Origin: an uncultured Gammaproteobacteria bacterium
GTDB lineage: Bacteria > Pseudomonadota > Gammaproteobacteria > Eutrophobiales > Eutrophobiaceae
NCBI GenBank assembly: GCA_938084745.1
Contig: CALKEZ010000001.1
Span: forward strand, 1,127-65,126
Length of the DNA: 64,000 nucleotides
Direction of reading: 5' to 3'
Shown here: piece after piece, positions 1-12,068 of the stretch
How positions within the stretch are numbered: position 1 is the stretch's first letter
How the letters are laid out: every line of letters starts with the position of its first letter
Notes under the pieces: generated by a model
Databases searched by the model: none
Told to the model about the DNA's origin: nothing
The model's input: the letters and a program-made list of their open reading frames with translations, nothing else
Position numbers and translations under genes: made by a program

Positions 1-170
1 ACGAGTCGCTGTCAAATCCGAACTGGAAACAGGCAACGCTACGCTTTTGCGCTGCGTTTTTATCACTTATTTTGTTTGGCCTGGGTTTTGTCTGGTCTTT
101 AGTCGATAAAAATAAATTGGCTTTACATGATATTCTTTCAAAAACCAGACTGATTGTTAGCAAGGACTGA
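1..170 (+). CDS. RDD family membrane protein, 3' end (partial; not in ORF track)
   Basis: Frame 3 is open from the window edge: ESLSNPNWKQATLRFCAAFLSLILFGLGFVWSLVDKNKLALHDILSKTRLIVSKD*. It has the RDD C-terminal 'D...LHD.LS.T' pattern and converges on lptG, a common arrangement. Confidence 0.8.
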   Translation, partial: ESLSNPNWKQATLRFCAAFLSLILFGLGFVWSLVDKNKLALHDILSKTRLIVSKD

Positions 171-180
171 GCGCAAGCAC

Positions 181-1242
181 TCAATAACGTTTTTTAAGCG
201 TGTAATAAATATAAGCCAACACCAGTATCGTTGGTAAACAAACACTGATAAATGCCGGCACACCGTAAACTATGCCCAAGTGCCCTGTCACCTGATTCAC
301 CAGATGAAATGTAATTCCGAGTAATGCACCGATAAACACACGTTGACCCAATCCCATGGGGCGTCCTTCACATCTGACGACACAGATAGACAGCAGGATC
401 ATCGCCAGGATCGCAAATGGATTGATTAATTTCGACCAGAAGGCCTGCACATATTGCTTACTGCTCTGATTATTCGCTTTAAGATAATCTATGTAGCTGA
501 TTAAACCATACACCGATAAGTACTGCGGTTTAATGGTGACGAGATTAATCACCTCCGGATTTAATAGCGCTTTCCATTCCACTGTCTCGTAGTGGTTATT
601 TATTATTTTTTCTTCAGAGATTTCCGTCTTTAGAATGTCATGTAACATCCATCTGTCTTCATTATATTCTGCGTGTTTAGCATAGAGACTGGATTTCAAT
701 TGGTTACTTTTATCAAATTCGTAAATATAAATGTCTTCGACGCGATCACCCGGCAAAATCTTTCTTATATTAATGTAATTATCACCATCGCGTGACCAGA
801 ACCCATGTTTCGTTTTCATTGAGATTTGCTGTGTTAATGCGATAGATCGCTGTTGCTGTGCCGTTTGTTCCGTCATAGGCGCAATAACTTCTCCAATTAA
901 CACGCTGAGGATGACGAAGACCAAACCGGTCTTCATCAACGAGTAAGCCAGTTGCATTTGCGATACACCCGATGTTCGAATGACTGCCAGTTCAGAGGTA
1001 TTAGCCAACATACCCAGTGCCGTCATACTGCCGATAACGGTCGCTATCGGAAAAAGTTCATAACTCAAGCGCGGTATGGTTAGTAACACATACTGTATGG
1101 CCTGAGGAACGCCATAATCACCGCGACCGGTATCATCAAGTTGGTCGACCAAAGCAAAGAACGAAAACACCGAAACCAGTGCAAACAACGCCAACATGGT
1201 TGTGAGCAGTATGCTGCGTCCCAGATATCGATCGAGTATCAT
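181..1242 (-). CDS. lptG: LPS export ABC transporter permease LptG
   Basis: MILDRYLGRS start, 'SELAVIRTSGVS' motif, multi-TM with periplasmic domain; directly downstream of lptF. Confidence 0.95.
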   Translation of the reverse strand: MILDRYLGRSILLTTMLALFALVSVFSFFALVDQLDDTGRGDYGVPQAIQYVLLTIPRLSYELFPIATVIGSMTALGMLANTSELAVIRTSGVSQMQLAYSLMKTGLVFVILSVLIGEVIAPMTEQTAQQQRSIALTQQISMKTKHGFWSRDGDNYINIRKILPGDRVEDIYIYEFDKSNQLKSSLYAKHAEYNEDRWMLHDILKTEISEEKIINNHYETVEWKALLNPEVINLVTIKPQYLSVYGLISYIDYLKANNQSSKQYVQAFWSKLINPFAILAMILLSICVVRCEGRPMGLGQRVFIGALLGITFHLVNQVTGHLGIVYGVPAFISVCLPTILVLAYIYYTLKKRY

Positions 1243-2346
1243 TTAGTCCGCCGGAATGACTTGATGTTTATCGCCAGCCTGCTTTTTGTATCGGTATTGA
1301 GGCAGGTAATACAGGGCCAATAATATCGCGCCCAGTAAAAAGTGTACCCACCACAAACCAATAAAGCCTGGAATAACATCCCGATTCAGTAGTGTTTTCG
1401 CAATCCCCAGCAAATTACTGTAGATAAGATAAATCGATATGCCGATTAAAAACGGCATGTACTTGCGATCGCTGGTGTGTGCCTGCATCAATAAAATTGC
1501 CAGTATAGACAGCAATAAACAGGAGAAAATTAATGAGATCCGCCATTGCAACTCGGCAATATAAGTCTTGTTGTCAGAGCCGATGATTTCTGCTGTTGAT
1601 AATGCCGCTGTTTTTGCGCCCGGGGCATTTGTCTCCCCGCTCTCTGTTAAAATTGCGTAGTGCTCGTACTCGGTTATCTGGTAATCAAGCAGCCCGGGCG
1701 TACCAACATAACGTCGGCCATCACTAAAAACGATATATTTGTTGCCTGATTTTTTATCCAGTCTAAAGCGGGCACTGTCAGAGGTTAAAACACCGAGTTT
1801 TCCGTCCTGCCGTACCTGTAGAAAAACTTCTTCCATCGACAGGTTATCGGGTGATGGCTTCTGCACATAAACCACACGGTCACCCTGGCTAAACTCTTTA
1901 AATTGTCCCGCTTTAATACCCGAGATATCAGATTCCTGTTTGGCTCTTTCTTTCAAATTGTGTACGCCCTGTTCTGCCCAAGGCGCAAAAAACAAGGTAA
2001 TAACCGCTACAATAAAACAAAAAACAAGCGCGAACCTTACCACTATGCCAATTTGAAAAACTTTACTTATTCCCGCCGCAGCCAATATCACCAGTTCCCT
2101 GTCGCTGTCCATACGGGAAAAAGCCAGTAGCATGGCCACAAGTATTGAAATGGGTAATATCTTGGGCAAGGTTGCCAACATTTTATAGGCCAGCATCAGG
2201 AAAACCATGTCCGGTGGTAAGCTACCCTCGGCAGCATCTGCCAGAAACCCCACAAATCGATTACTGGCGATAACAAGAATCAGCAAACTCAATATCCATA
2301 GCAATTTTTGCAACAGTTCCCGGTAGATATAATGCTGGATGATCAC
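1243..2346 (-). CDS. lptF: LPS export ABC transporter permease LptF
   Basis: MIIQHYIYRE start, 'DRELVILAAAG' and 'AELQWR' motifs; divergent from pepA as in other gammaproteobacteria. Confidence 0.95.
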   Translation of the reverse strand: MIIQHYIYRELLQKLLWILSLLILVIASNRFVGFLADAAEGSLPPDMVFLMLAYKMLATLPKILPISILVAMLLAFSRMDSDRELVILAAAGISKVFQIGIVVRFALVFCFIVAVITLFFAPWAEQGVHNLKERAKQESDISGIKAGQFKEFSQGDRVVYVQKPSPDNLSMEEVFLQVRQDGKLGVLTSDSARFRLDKKSGNKYIVFSDGRRYVGTPGLLDYQITEYEHYAILTESGETNAPGAKTAALSTAEIIGSDNKTYIAELQWRISLIFSCLLLSILAILLMQAHTSDRKYMPFLIGISIYLIYSNLLGIAKTLLNRDVIPGFIGLWWVHFLLGAILLALYYLPQYRYKKQAGDKHQVIPAD

Positions 2347-2571
2347 AATGGCAGGCTCATGTTATTAAATGCGGCTTTGCTTAGTTGAAGATAAATGAAT
2401 AAACTTGGTTAAAAATAAGGTTTTAATCATTTTTCGCTGTTTTTAACAAAAAACGAAACGATTATGACACGCTTGATCTCAAAGTGAAGAACAATTAATG
2501 CATAATCGTAACGTCATTAACCAAACAACAACAATAAACTTATAGAGTACGTAAACTTACTGGAGCTGGTA

Positions 2572-4065
2572 ATGGATTTTAATATCAAGAGTGGCAATCC
2601 CGAAAAACAACGCACAGCTTGCGTCATTGTCGGCATTTTCGAATCACGACGCTTATCGCCAGCCGCCAAGGCGATTGACACAGTAAGTAAAAAATACCTG
2701 TCTAATCTGATACGCCGTGGTGATATGGATGGCACTAAGGGGCAATACTTATTGCTGCATAATGTGCCGGGTATGATTGCCGATCGGGTACTGTTAATCG
2801 GCTGTGGCAAAGAACGGGAAATCGACGATCGAAACTATCGCACTATCATCGCGAACAGCATCCGCACCTTGAATAACACCGGTTCACTGGACGGGGTTAA
2901 CTACCTGAGCGAATTACCCATCAAGGGGCGCGATCATGACTGGAAAATCCGGCAGGCCGTACAGATAGCAGAACATACGCTTTATGAATTTAAAGCACTA
3001 AAAACCAAAGAGAAGAAAAACCGGCGCCCGTTGCGCAAAATCACCTTTACCGTGCCCACGCGTCGTGAACTACCGCAGGGTGAAATTGCCATGCAAGAAG
3101 GACGCGCCATTGCGAACGGCATAAAACTAACTCGCGATCTTGCCAACTACCCTTCGAATATCTGTACACCCACCTACTTGGCGCAACAGGCAACGGCATT
3201 AGCCAAAGGGCATCGTTCATTGACGGTAGAGATATTAGAAGAAGCCGATATGAAAAAACTGGGCATGGGATCATTGCTCTCTGTTTCACAAGGATCTGCC
3301 AGACCGGCAAAACTGATTACGCTGGACTATAAAGGATCGAAAAAAGCACAAAAACCAATCGTTCTCGTTGGTAAAGGCGTTACGTTTGATACTGGTGGCA
3401 TATCGATCAAACCTTCTCCCGCTATGGATGAAATGAAATACGATATGTGTGGTGCAGCATCCGTGCTCGGAACGCTCGCTGCTGTCGCAGAACTTGGTCT
3501 GCCGATTAACGTCGTTGGTGTAATTCCGGCAGTTGAAAATATGCCGAGCAGCACAGCTACCAACCCCGGTGATATCTTTACCAGTATGTCTGGACAGACT
3601 ATCGAGGTTCTTAATACAGATGCAGAAGGTCGGCTGATACTATGCGATGCCATAACCTATAGTGAGCGCTTTAATCCGGGTGTCGTTATTGATATTGCAA
3701 CCTTAACCGGCGCCTGTGTCATCGCCCTGGGTAAACATGCTAGCGGCTTGTTAAGTAATCACAATCCACTGGCAAGAGATTTACTCAATGCCGGTGATGA
3801 GTCTGGTGATCGGGCCTGGCAATTACCCTTATGGGACGATTATCAACAACAACTGAACAGTCCATTTGCTGACATGGCCAATATCGGGGGCCGTGAGGCT
3901 GGCACGATTACCGCCGCCTGCTTCCTGTCCCGATTTGCCGAAAAATACCACTGGGCGCATCTGGATATCGCCGGCACAGCCTGGTTATCCGGTTCAAACA
4001 ATAAAGGCGCGACCGGTCGACCGGTCTCATTACTGATGCAGTACATCATCAATCAAACCAAGTAG
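2572..4065 (+). CDS. pepA: Leucyl aminopeptidase PepA (M17)
   Basis: [19 protein letters not shown] and NTDAEGRL M17 motifs; GGAG RBS upstream. Confidence 0.98.
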   Translation: MDFNIKSGNPEKQRTACVIVGIFESRRLSPAAKAIDTVSKKYLSNLIRRGDMDGTKGQYLLLHNVPGMIADRVLLIGCGKEREIDDRNYRTIIANSIRTLNNTGSLDGVNYLSELPIKGRDHDWKIRQAVQIAEHTLYEFKALKTKEKKNRRPLRKITFTVPTRRELPQGEIAMQEGRAIANGIKLTRDLANYPSNICTPTYLAQQATALAKGHRSLTVEILEEADMKKLGMGSLLSVSQGSARPAKLITLDYKGSKKAQKPIVLVGKGVTFDTGGISIKPSPAMDEMKYDMCGAASVLGTLAAVAELGLPINVVGVIPAVENMPSSTATNPGDIFTSMSGQTIEVLNTDAEGRLILCDAITYSERFNPGVVIDIATLTGACVIALGKHASGLLSNHNPLARDLLNAGDESGDRAWQLPLWDDYQQQLNSPFADMANIGGREAGTITAACFLSRFAEKYHWAHLDIAGTAWLSGSNNKGATGRPVSLLMQYIINQTK

Positions 4066-4082
4066 CGTTAGAAGAACCGGCA

Positions 4083-4523
4083 ATGTCACGCGTAGACTTT
4101 TATATACTGCCCGACGGAAGTAATAGTGATCGCTTTGCCTGTGCAATCGCGACTAAAGCCTGGACGAATGGAAATAGAGTACATATCCATACAACATCAG
4201 CAGCATCTGCAACCACATTTGATGATTTGCTCTGGATTTATAAAGATATCAGTTTTGTGCCACACGAAATATTCGATGGCAATGCGCATGAAGAAACACC
4301 GGTTACCATTGGTTATGATGATCACTACCCGGAACCATCTCAGGTGATGATTAATCTTGGTGCTGATGTGCCTGGTTTTGCGTCGCGTTTTGAACGGGTC
4401 ATTGAGATTGTGGGCGGTAATGAATCGATGAAACAACTGGCACGTGAACGTTACCGTCAATATAAACAAGCCGATTATGAAATACATAACCATAAGATTG
4501 ATAGTCTGACCGAAGATGATTGA
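4083..4523 (+). CDS. holC: DNA polymerase III chi subunit
   Basis: RVDFYIL, LW..SFVPH and ARERYRQYK motifs; pepA-holC-valS synteny. Confidence 0.95.
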   Translation: MSRVDFYILPDGSNSDRFACAIATKAWTNGNRVHIHTTSAASATTFDDLLWIYKDISFVPHEIFDGNAHEETPVTIGYDDHYPEPSQVMINLGADVPGFASRFERVIEIVGGNESMKQLARERYRQYKQADYEIHNHKIDSLTEDD

Positions 4524-4914
4524 TTCAAGTGAGACATCCTCGCAGGAGCTTAATGAGGCAGACCGAAACAATCTGATCAATCGCATCGATGAGCTTGAGC
4601 AGTTATTAGCAAAAAAGAAAACAGAATCAAGACAAGCCAAACTGCCGCGACTAAAAGTCGGCACGGATGGCATTCCTGTGCTGGTGGATCCTGTCAATAT
4701 TGATGAACTCGATATGGAACAGGAACAGGTCTTCAAGCAAATAGAACAGGACGATCAACTGATAAATGACATTATCAATAAGGTCGACAAGGAAATATCC
4801 GGCGATTTGGACGAATTAATTCTGATGCTCAAAGACAGCATTATTGATGAAGTGAAAACACGATTACTCAAAGAGTTTCATGTCAGCAAGGATAACTCGA
4901 CTAAAAAGGAATAA
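4516..4914 (+). CDS. Acidic helical hypothetical protein between holC and valS (DUF2486-like position)
   Basis: Overlaps the holC stop; N-terminal helix, IPVLVDPV motif and acidic C-terminal helices. Confidence 0.75.
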   Translation: MIDSSETSSQELNEADRNNLINRIDELEQLLAKKKTESRQAKLPRLKVGTDGIPVLVDPVNIDELDMEQEQVFKQIEQDDQLINDIINKVDKEISGDLDELILMLKDSIIDEVKTRLLKEFHVSKDNSTKKE

Positions 4915-5043
4915 CGGCCGAATAGCCGCAGCAACTCCGAAAATAACCTAATAAAGATTGCCCTGAACAGCCTCCATGTGGACAATACGCCTCCCTATAA
5001 TAGGGCTAGTCAGCTTAGCCCCTAAAAGTGTTTGTTATTGATA

Positions 5044-7818
5044 ATGGATAAAACCTATAAACCTGAAACCATAGAAGCCAGTTGCTACGCTAATTGGGAG
5101 AAGCACAATTACTTCGCACCAAAAGGCGAAGGATCTCCCTATTGCATCATGTTGCCGCCGCCAAATGTAACGGGCAGCCTGCACATGGGGCATGCCTTTC
5201 AACAAACATTAATGGATGTTCTGACGCGTTATCATCGTATGCAGGGTGATGATACTTTGTGGCAATGCGGTACCGATCATGCGGGTATCGCCACCCAAAT
5301 GGTGGTCGAACGCCAACTCCAGCAAGACAATATATCTCGTCACGACCTGGGACGGGAAAAATTTGTTGAAGCCGTCTGGGACTGGAAAGAACATTCCGGT
5401 AACACCATCACCCGCCAATCACGACGCCTGGGCACATCGATGGACTGGTCACGCGAACGTTTCACGATGGACGAAGGACTTTCCGAGTCGGTCAAGGAAG
5501 TGTTTGTCCGTTTACACGATGAAGGTTTGATTTACCGTGGTAAGCGACTCGTTAACTGGGATCCGGTATTACACACCGCCATATCTGATCTCGAAGTTAT
5601 CTCCGAAGAAGAAAATGGCCACCTTTGGCATATGCGTTATCCGCTCAAAGAACCCATCGACGGTCTTGACTTTATTGTTGTTGCGACGACACGACCTGAA
5701 ACGATGTTGGGCGATGCCGCGGTTGCGGTTCATCCCGATGATGAACGCTACAAAAACCTGATTGGCAAAGAAGTCTTGCTGCCATTAACTGATAGAACGC
5801 TACCGGTTATTGCCGATGACTATGTTGATCCTGAATTCGGTACCGGTTGTGTCAAGATAACACCGGCCCATGATTTCAATGACTATGCCGTGGGTGAGCG
5901 ACATGCACTGGACAAAATAAATATTTTTACCGTTGATGCAGCACTCAATGATGCTGTGCCGGAAAAATATCGAGGCCTGGATCGTTATCTAGCCCGCAAA
6001 CAAATCCTTGCTGATCTTGAAGAACTCGGACTGATAGACAAAATTGACGATCATAAATTAATGGTGCCACGCGGTGATCGTTCGCATGCTGTTGTAGAAC
6101 CTTATCTGACGGATCAATGGTATGTGAAGATCCAGCCATTGGCCGATCCCGCTATCAAGGCGGTGAAAGACGGCGACATAAAATTTGTTCCTGCCAACTG
6201 GGATAAAACCTATTTTGAGTGGATGAACAATATCGAAGACTGGTGTATCAGCCGCCAGCTCTGGTGGGGACATCGTATTCCAGCCTGGTATGACGATGCG
6301 GGGAACATCTATGTCGGTCGTGATGAAGCCGAAGTCAGGGCAAAGCACAATCTGGGCGATATCAATCTGCGACAGGATGAAGATGTATTGGATACCTGGT
6401 TTTCATCCGCGCTTTGGCCCTTCTCCACTCTGGGTTGGCCGGAGCAAACTCCCGAACTGGCTAAGTTCTACCCAACTAACGTACTGGTAACCGGTTTCGA
6501 CATTATCTTTTTCTGGGTCGCCCGCATGATCATGATGGGCCTGAAATTCATGGGTGATGTGCCATTCAAGGAAGTGTATATCCATGGCCTGGTACGTGAT
6601 GGTGAAGGTCAGAAAATGTCCAAGTCGAAAGGTAACGTCCTTGATCCGATCGACCTGATTGACGGCATTCAACTCGAAGATCTCATCAGTAAGCGCACCA
6701 ATGGCATGATGCAACCGCAAATGGCAGCAAAGATCGAAAAGGCTACGCGCAAGCATTTCCCGGAAGGCATAGAGGCATACGGCACCGACTCGTTACGCTT
6801 TACCTTTGCCTCGCTGGCAACACAGGGTCGATTCATTAATTTTGAAACCGGCCGCATAGAAGGCTACAGAAACTTTTGTAACAAAATATGGAATGCCACT
6901 GTTTTCGTCATAATGAATGTCGAGTCACAGGCAATCGATATCACTCAAGGCGCAAAAGAATTTGGTCTTGCTGAACGTTGGATAACGACAAAGTTAGCTG
7001 AAGTTATCGCAGCGACGCATGAAGGGATGCTGACCTATCGTTTTGACCTTGCTTCACAGGCACTTTATGAATTTACCTGGGATGAATATTGTTCCTGGTA
7101 CATTGAATTATCAAAAACCACATTGAACAGTGCCGAGACCAGCGAAGCTGAAAAACGGGGCACCTTATATACATTATTAAATGTACTTGAAACCCTGCTG
7201 CGTGCATTACACCCGTTTATTCCGTTTATCACGGAAGAACTTTGGCATCGCGTTGCCCCGTTATTAGGTAAGCAAGGACCTAGCGTTATGCTTGCGGCTT
7301 TCCCGCATCAGGATGAGTACGAGCATGATAAGTCTGCACTGGAACAAATGGAGTGGGTTAAAGCCTTTATTATGGGTGTGCGTCGTATCCGCTCTGAACG
7401 CGATATCTCTCCCGGAAAACCATTAAACGTGTTTGTTCGTAATGGCACAGCCCCGGAACGTCAATGGCTGGAAGATCATCAAGCCTATATCAAAACCCTG
7501 GGCCGGATTGAGTCTATCAAAAATGCAGAAACCGAGATGGACGATGCCGTCATGGCATTAGCTGGCGACATGACCTTACTCGTTCCGTTAGCCGATATTA
7601 TTGATCCAGTCGCAGAACATAAACGTCTGGAAAATACGATTGAAAAATTGCAAAAGGAAAAGTCAGGCCTTGAAGCAAAACTGGATAACGCCAGTTTCGT
7701 TGAACGTGCGCCGGCAAATGTGGTTGATGGTGCAAAACAACGGCTTGCTGATACACTTAACGAAATCAAGACCTACGAAACCCAACTTCACTCTATATCA
7801 AAACTACTAGAACAATAA
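5044..7818 (+). CDS. valS: Valyl-tRNA synthetase
   Basis: [13 protein letters not shown] (HIGH-like), KMSKS, C-terminal coiled coil; ATG at 5044 (MDKTY) preferred over TTG at 5032. Confidence 0.99.
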   Translation: MDKTYKPETIEASCYANWEKHNYFAPKGEGSPYCIMLPPPNVTGSLHMGHAFQQTLMDVLTRYHRMQGDDTLWQCGTDHAGIATQMVVERQLQQDNISRHDLGREKFVEAVWDWKEHSGNTITRQSRRLGTSMDWSRERFTMDEGLSESVKEVFVRLHDEGLIYRGKRLVNWDPVLHTAISDLEVISEEENGHLWHMRYPLKEPIDGLDFIVVATTRPETMLGDAAVAVHPDDERYKNLIGKEVLLPLTDRTLPVIADDYVDPEFGTGCVKITPAHDFNDYAVGERHALDKINIFTVDAALNDAVPEKYRGLDRYLARKQILADLEELGLIDKIDDHKLMVPRGDRSHAVVEPYLTDQWYVKIQPLADPAIKAVKDGDIKFVPANWDKTYFEWMNNIEDWCISRQLWWGHRIPAWYDDAGNIYVGRDEAEVRAKHNLGDINLRQDEDVLDTWFSSALWPFSTLGWPEQTPELAKFYPTNVLVTGFDIIFFWVARMIMMGLKFMGDVPFKEVYIHGLVRDGEGQKMSKSKGNVLDPIDLIDGIQLEDLISKRTNGMMQPQMAAKIEKATRKHFPEGIEAYGTDSLRFTFASLATQGRFINFETGRIEGYRNFCNKIWNATVFVIMNVESQAIDITQGAKEFGLAERWITTKLAEVIAATHEGMLTYRFDLASQALYEFTWDEYCSWYIELSKTTLNSAETSEAEKRGTLYTLLNVLETLLRALHPFIPFITEELWHRVAPLLGKQGPSVMLAAFPHQDEYEHDKSALEQMEWVKAFIMGVRRIRSERDISPGKPLNVFVRNGTAPERQWLEDHQAYIKTLGRIESIKNAETEMDDAVMALAGDMTLLVPLADIIDPVAEHKRLENTIEKLQKEKSGLEAKLDNASFVERAPANVVDGAKQRLADTLNEIKTYETQLHSISKLLEQ

Positions 7819-8498
7819 TGTTTGCCACTATTAAAGAAGAAATTGACGTTGTCTTTGAACGCGACCCGGCAGCACGTTCTGTGCTGGAGACGATCTTCAC
7901 CTGTCCCGGCTTTCAGGCGATTGTTTTTCACCGTTTCAACCATTGGCTGTGGAACAAGAAGCTCTATTTCATTGCGCGCTTGATGGCACATATTGCTCGC
8001 TTCCTGACCGGTATCGAAATACATCCCGGCGCCAAAATCGGTCGCCGTTTCTTTATCGATCATGGCATGGGTATCGTCATAGGCGAAACCTCCGAAATCG
8101 GTGATGATGTCTCCATCTATCATGGTGTCACACTCGGCGGCACAACCTGGAACAAAGGTAAACGTCACCCAACCCTGGAGAATAACGTTGTCATCGGCGC
8201 CGGCGCAAAAGTCCTTGGTCCTATCACTCTAGGCGCAGGAACACGTGTGGGTTGTAATGCCGTCGTTGTGAAAGACACACCGCCAAATGCAACTGTCGTG
8301 GGTGTACCGGGGCATGTTGTTGTGAAACGCAATGATGAAGATAAAGATGCCCAGCGCGAGGCCATGGCCAAAAAAATCGGCTTCACTGCTTATGCAGAAA
8401 GCAAGGACATGCCTGATCCGATCCAGAATGCACTGGAGTCAGTACTGGATCATTTGCATAAAGTTGAAAGCGAACTGGAAGAGCTGAAGAAAAAATAA
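7818..8498 (+). CDS. cysE: Serine O-acetyltransferase
   Basis: [23 protein letters not shown] and KRHPTL hexapeptide-repeat motifs; TAATG overlap with valS. Confidence 0.96.
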   Translation: MFATIKEEIDVVFERDPAARSVLETIFTCPGFQAIVFHRFNHWLWNKKLYFIARLMAHIARFLTGIEIHPGAKIGRRFFIDHGMGIVIGETSEIGDDVSIYHGVTLGGTTWNKGKRHPTLENNVVIGAGAKVLGPITLGAGTRVGCNAVVVKDTPPNATVVGVPGHVVVKRNDEDKDAQREAMAKKIGFTAYAESKDMPDPIQNALESVLDHLHKVESELEELKKK

Positions 8499-8512
8499 GC
8501 GGGATTTAACAC

Positions 8513-8728
8513 ATGACTGAACAAAAAGACCCTAATATTTTCCAAATCGCTTTTAGCCTGATTGCCTCTTTTTGCGGCGTTCAAACAAAAGAAAACATGG
8601 CGCGTGACGAAGCCTACATAGAAAAAAATGGCATCAAGGTCTATGTCATCATCGGATTCTTTCTGGTGTTTTGTATCTTGCTTACCCTATTTGGTATCGT
8701 TCAGTTGGTTTTGAAGCTGGCGGTGTAA
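8513..8728 (+). CDS. Small membrane protein, DUF2970-like
   Basis: 'SLIASFCGVQ..N..RD' motif followed by a C-terminal TM helix. Confidence 0.75.
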   Translation: MTEQKDPNIFQIAFSLIASFCGVQTKENMARDEAYIEKNGIKVYVIIGFFLVFCILLTLFGIVQLVLKLAV

Positions 8729-8856
8729 ACCGTTTAAAAGACAATTTTTCCGAATTACTCGAAACAAACCTTCCCTCGCAGCTGAGCACACAGCTGCAAA
8801 TAACAATAGATCTCATTTATTTACAATAACTTAGCTGTCATATCGCAATACGGCTT

Positions 8857-8906
8857 AATTCCGACTAAACTAATCAACAATATAGTTGACTAAACTACTG
8901 GGTTAT
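8857..8906 (+). promoter_or_regulatory. Two tandem type-1 IscR operator sites overlapping the iscR-suf promoter
   Basis: AATTCCGACTAAACTAATCAACAAT (8857-8881) and ATAGTTGACTAAACTACTGGGTTAT (8882-8906) resemble the type-1 consensus ATASYYGACTRWWWYAGTCRRSTAT; the second contains a TTGACT -35-like hexamer. Confidence 0.85.
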
Positions 8907-8952
8907 GTGACCCTTGCCACCCCTTATTTAGGGCAAAATAGAGAATTAGACG

Positions 8953-9408
8953 ATGAAAATGACAACTAAAGGCCGTTATGCCGTAACCGCGATGCTCGAT
9001 GTGGCGCTGCATGATAGCGATGGCCCGGTGAATCTGGCGGATATTTCCCGGCGTCAGGATATTTCCCTGACGTATCTGGAACAGTTGTTCAATAAATTAA
9101 AACGACACGAGCTCGTTGAGAGCGCCCGAGGACCCGGCGGTGGTTATCGCCTGGCGCAGGCAGCAGACAAGATTACTGTTGCCAAGGTTATTTATTCAGT
9201 CGATGAACCGATTGATGTGACACGCTGTAAAGGTAAACAAAATTGTCAGGGCGATCTGCGCTGTCTGACACATGATTTGTGGATGGAATTGAATATGCAC
9301 ATTTCGGGATTTTTGAATGGGCTAACACTGGGCGATTTGATTAAACGTAATAATGTAAAACAAGTCTCTGATCGACAAGATGTGATCATGCTGCAACTAC
9401 AACACTGA
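8953..9408 (+). CDS. iscR: Fe-S cluster assembly transcription factor IscR (Rrf2)
   Basis: [28 protein letters not shown]; cluster ligands C-x5-C-x5-C-x2-H intact ([18 protein letters not shown]). Confidence 0.95.
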   Translation: MKMTTKGRYAVTAMLDVALHDSDGPVNLADISRRQDISLTYLEQLFNKLKRHELVESARGPGGGYRLAQAADKITVAKVIYSVDEPIDVTRCKGKQNCQGDLRCLTHDLWMELNMHISGFLNGLTLGDLIKRNNVKQVSDRQDVIMLQLQH

Positions 9409-9416
9409 TAAATACT

Positions 9417-9770
9417 ATGACTACAGAAACAACTATTAATCTTACTGAAAGCGCCAAAAAACACATCGAGAGTGTTCTCGCGAAGGATACCGACGGTATT
9501 GGTTTACGCGTTGGCGTGAAAACCACGGGCTGCTCCGGTTACCAATATGTCATTGAGACTGCGAAAGCCATCAACGAAGAAGACCGGATTATTGAATCGA
9601 ATGACATCAAGATCGTCATTGATGAGCAAAGCCTGCGTTATCTTGCCGGAACAGAACTTGATTTTGTTCGTGAAGGTTTGAATGCCGGCTTTAAATTCAA
9701 CAATCCTAATGTTGAGGAATCCTGTGGTTGTGGTGAAAGCTTCAGCCTCAAAGAAGAATCGGGAACATAA
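9417..9770 (+). CDS. sufA: A-type Fe-S carrier (SufA/IscA, HesB family)
   Basis: GCSGY and CGCGESF motifs; lies in a suf operon. Confidence 0.88.
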   Translation: MTTETTINLTESAKKHIESVLAKDTDGIGLRVGVKTTGCSGYQYVIETAKAINEEDRIIESNDIKIVIDEQSLRYLAGTELDFVREGLNAGFKFNNPNVEESCGCGESFSLKEESGT

Positions 9771-9774
9771 ACTT

Positions 9775-11223
9775 ATGGCAACGAATACTGAAAATGTAGA
9801 AGAACTGGTTCGCAAAGACTATGAGCATGGTTTTTTCACTGATATCGAAAGTGATACCGTGGAACCTGGCCTTAGCGAAGAGACCATTGCGTTCATTTCG
9901 GCAAAGAAGGAAGAACCGGAATGGTTGCTTGAATGGCGTTTGAAAGCCTATCGTCATTGGCTAACCATGAAAGACCCGACCTGGGCGCATCTGGATATTG
10001 AACATATTGATTATCAGGCCATCTCTTATTATTCAGCGCCAAAATCGAAAGATGACGGTCCCAAGAGTCTTGATGAAGTTGATCCAAAATTATTAGAAAC
10101 ATACGAAAAACTTGGCATTCCGCTGCAGGAACAAATGATGTTGGCGGGGGTTGCCGTCGATGCGGTGTTTGACAGCGTCTCTGTTGCGACCACCTTTAAA
10201 AGCAAGCTGGCCGATGCCGGTGTTATCTTTTGCTCATTCTCAGAAGCAGTAAAAGAATATCCGGAACTCGTTAAAAAATATCTGGGCTCTGTTGTCCCTG
10301 CGGCTGATAACTTTTTTGCCGCATTAAACTCGGCCGTGTTTACGGATGGTTCATTTGTTTATATCCCCAAGGGCGTGCGTTGCCCGATGGAACTGTCAAC
10401 CTATTTCAGAATTAACGCGTCCAACACCGGACAGTTTGAGCGTACCTTGATCGTCGCTGATGAAGCGAGTCACGTCAGCTATCTTGAAGGTTGTACCGCG
10501 CCGATGCGCGATGAAAACCAGTTGCATGCAGCCGTCGTTGAGTTGGTTGCCTTGGAAGATGCGCAAATAAAATACTCTACCGTACAAAACTGGTACCCCG
10601 GTGATGAGAACGGAGTAGGTGGAATATATAACTTTGTGACTAAACGCGGTGATTGTCGCGGCAATAACTCAAAGATCTCCTGGACTCAGGTAGAAACCGG
10701 ATCAGCGATTACCTGGAAATATCCAAGTTGTATTTTAAAAGGAGATAACTCTGTCGGTGAATTTTATTCCGTCGCCGTCACGAACAATCATCAACAAGCC
10801 GACACCGGTACAAAGATGATCCATATCGGCAAGAATACCCGTAGCACGATTATTTCCAAGGGTATCTCTGCACGACATGCGCAGCAATCCTATCGCGGGC
10901 TGGTTAAGATCAGCAAGAGTGCAGAAAACGCCAGAAACTATACACAATGTGATTCCTTATTAATGGGCGATCAATGCGGTGCCCATACCTTCCCTTATAT
11001 TGAAGCGAAAAACTCAACAGCAACCGTTGAGCATGAAGCAACAACATCGAAGATTGGTGATGACCAATTATTCTATTGTATGCAACGCGGTATTAAGGAA
11101 GAAGATGCGGTCAACATGATCGTTAATGGCTTTTGTAAGGAAGTATTCAAGGAATTGCCGATGGAATTCGCAGTAGAAGCACAAAAACTTCTGGGTATAA
11201 CACTTGAAGGTGCGGTTGGGTAA
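9775..11223 (+). CDS. sufB: Fe-S assembly protein SufB
   Basis: [25 protein letters not shown] and EHEATTSKI motifs; likely start is ATG 9775 (MATNTENV), not 9682. Confidence 0.98.
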   Translation: MATNTENVEELVRKDYEHGFFTDIESDTVEPGLSEETIAFISAKKEEPEWLLEWRLKAYRHWLTMKDPTWAHLDIEHIDYQAISYYSAPKSKDDGPKSLDEVDPKLLETYEKLGIPLQEQMMLAGVAVDAVFDSVSVATTFKSKLADAGVIFCSFSEAVKEYPELVKKYLGSVVPAADNFFAALNSAVFTDGSFVYIPKGVRCPMELSTYFRINASNTGQFERTLIVADEASHVSYLEGCTAPMRDENQLHAAVVELVALEDAQIKYSTVQNWYPGDENGVGGIYNFVTKRGDCRGNNSKISWTQVETGSAITWKYPSCILKGDNSVGEFYSVAVTNNHQQADTGTKMIHIGKNTRSTIISKGISARHAQQSYRGLVKISKSAENARNYTQCDSLLMGDQCGAHTFPYIEAKNSTATVEHEATTSKIGDDQLFYCMQRGIKEEDAVNMIVNGFCKEVFKELPMEFAVEAQKLLGITLEGAVG

Positions 11224-11312
11224 AACAGGTAACGTGAAAAGTAGAAAGTGAAATGTAATAGCAATATGCGCCAACGCTTGGATACGACACAAGATTATTA
11301 AGGTAACTAATT

Positions 11313-12068
11313 ATGCTTACAATTAAAGATTTACACGCAAAAGTTGAAAAGAAACAAATACTGAAAGGTTTAAACCTGGAAGTTAAAGCTGGAGAAGTGC
11401 ACGCCATCATGGGTCCTAACGGATCTGGCAAGAGCACATTAGCCAATGTCCTTGCCGGTCGAAACGGTTATGACGTCACCAAGGGCAATGTCGACTTCGA
11501 AAATGAAAACCTGCTTGAACTAGCTCCGGAAGAACGGGCCTGGAAAGGTTTATTTCTGGCATTTCAATACCCGGTAGAAATTCCGGGCGTCAACAATGTG
11601 TATCTTTTAAAAGCGGCGGTCAACGCTGTTCGAAAACATCGTGGCGAATCGGAGCTGGATGCGGTCGAATTTCTGGCGCTGATCAAGGAAAAAATGAAGC
11701 TGGTCAAAATGAAAGAAGACTTGCTCAACCGTTCGGTTAATGAAGGCTTTTCTGGTGGTGAAAAGAAACGTAATGAAATTTTTCAGATGGCGGTGCTTGA
11801 GCCAAAGCTCGCCATACTCGATGAAACTGATTCAGGTTTGGATATTGACGCACTGAAGATTGTAGCGGAAGGCGTTAACAGTTTACGCAATGAAGAACGC
11901 GCCATAATTTTAGTAACGCATTACCAACGTTTGCTGGATTACATAAAACCGGATTACGTGCATGTCTTGAGCGATGGCAAGATCATCAAGTCGGGTGGCC
12001 CTGAGCTGGCACTGGAACTTGAAGAAAGAGGTTATGACTGGTTGCTGGAAAAAGGTGAAGCTGCATGA
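11313..12068 (+). CDS. sufC: Fe-S assembly ATPase SufC
   Basis: GPNGSGKST Walker [24 protein letters not shown]. Confidence 0.98.
   Translation: MLTIKDLHAKVEKKQILKGLNLEVKAGEVHAIMGPNGSGKSTLANVLAGRNGYDVTKGNVDFENENLLELAPEERAWKGLFLAFQYPVEIPGVNNVYLLKAAVNAVRKHRGESELDAVEFLALIKEKMKLVKMKEDLLNRSVNEGFSGGEKKRNEIFQMAVLEPKLAILDETDSGLDIDALKIVAEGVNSLRNEERAIILVTHYQRLLDYIKPDYVHVLSDGKIIKSGGPELALELEERGYDWLLEKGEAA

Noticed and set aside
4197-4736. 179-aa antisense ORF, representing the many 60-180 aa ORFs overlapping pepA, valS, suf, hisS, bamB, trp, cyn and ychF
   Set aside because: These are shadow frames of well-supported genes, with no recognisable motifs, no RBS and atypical composition
9682-9774. Extended N-terminus of SufB in the ORF track
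   Set aside because: It overlaps sufA; ATG 9775 just after the sufA stop gives a normal SufB N-terminus
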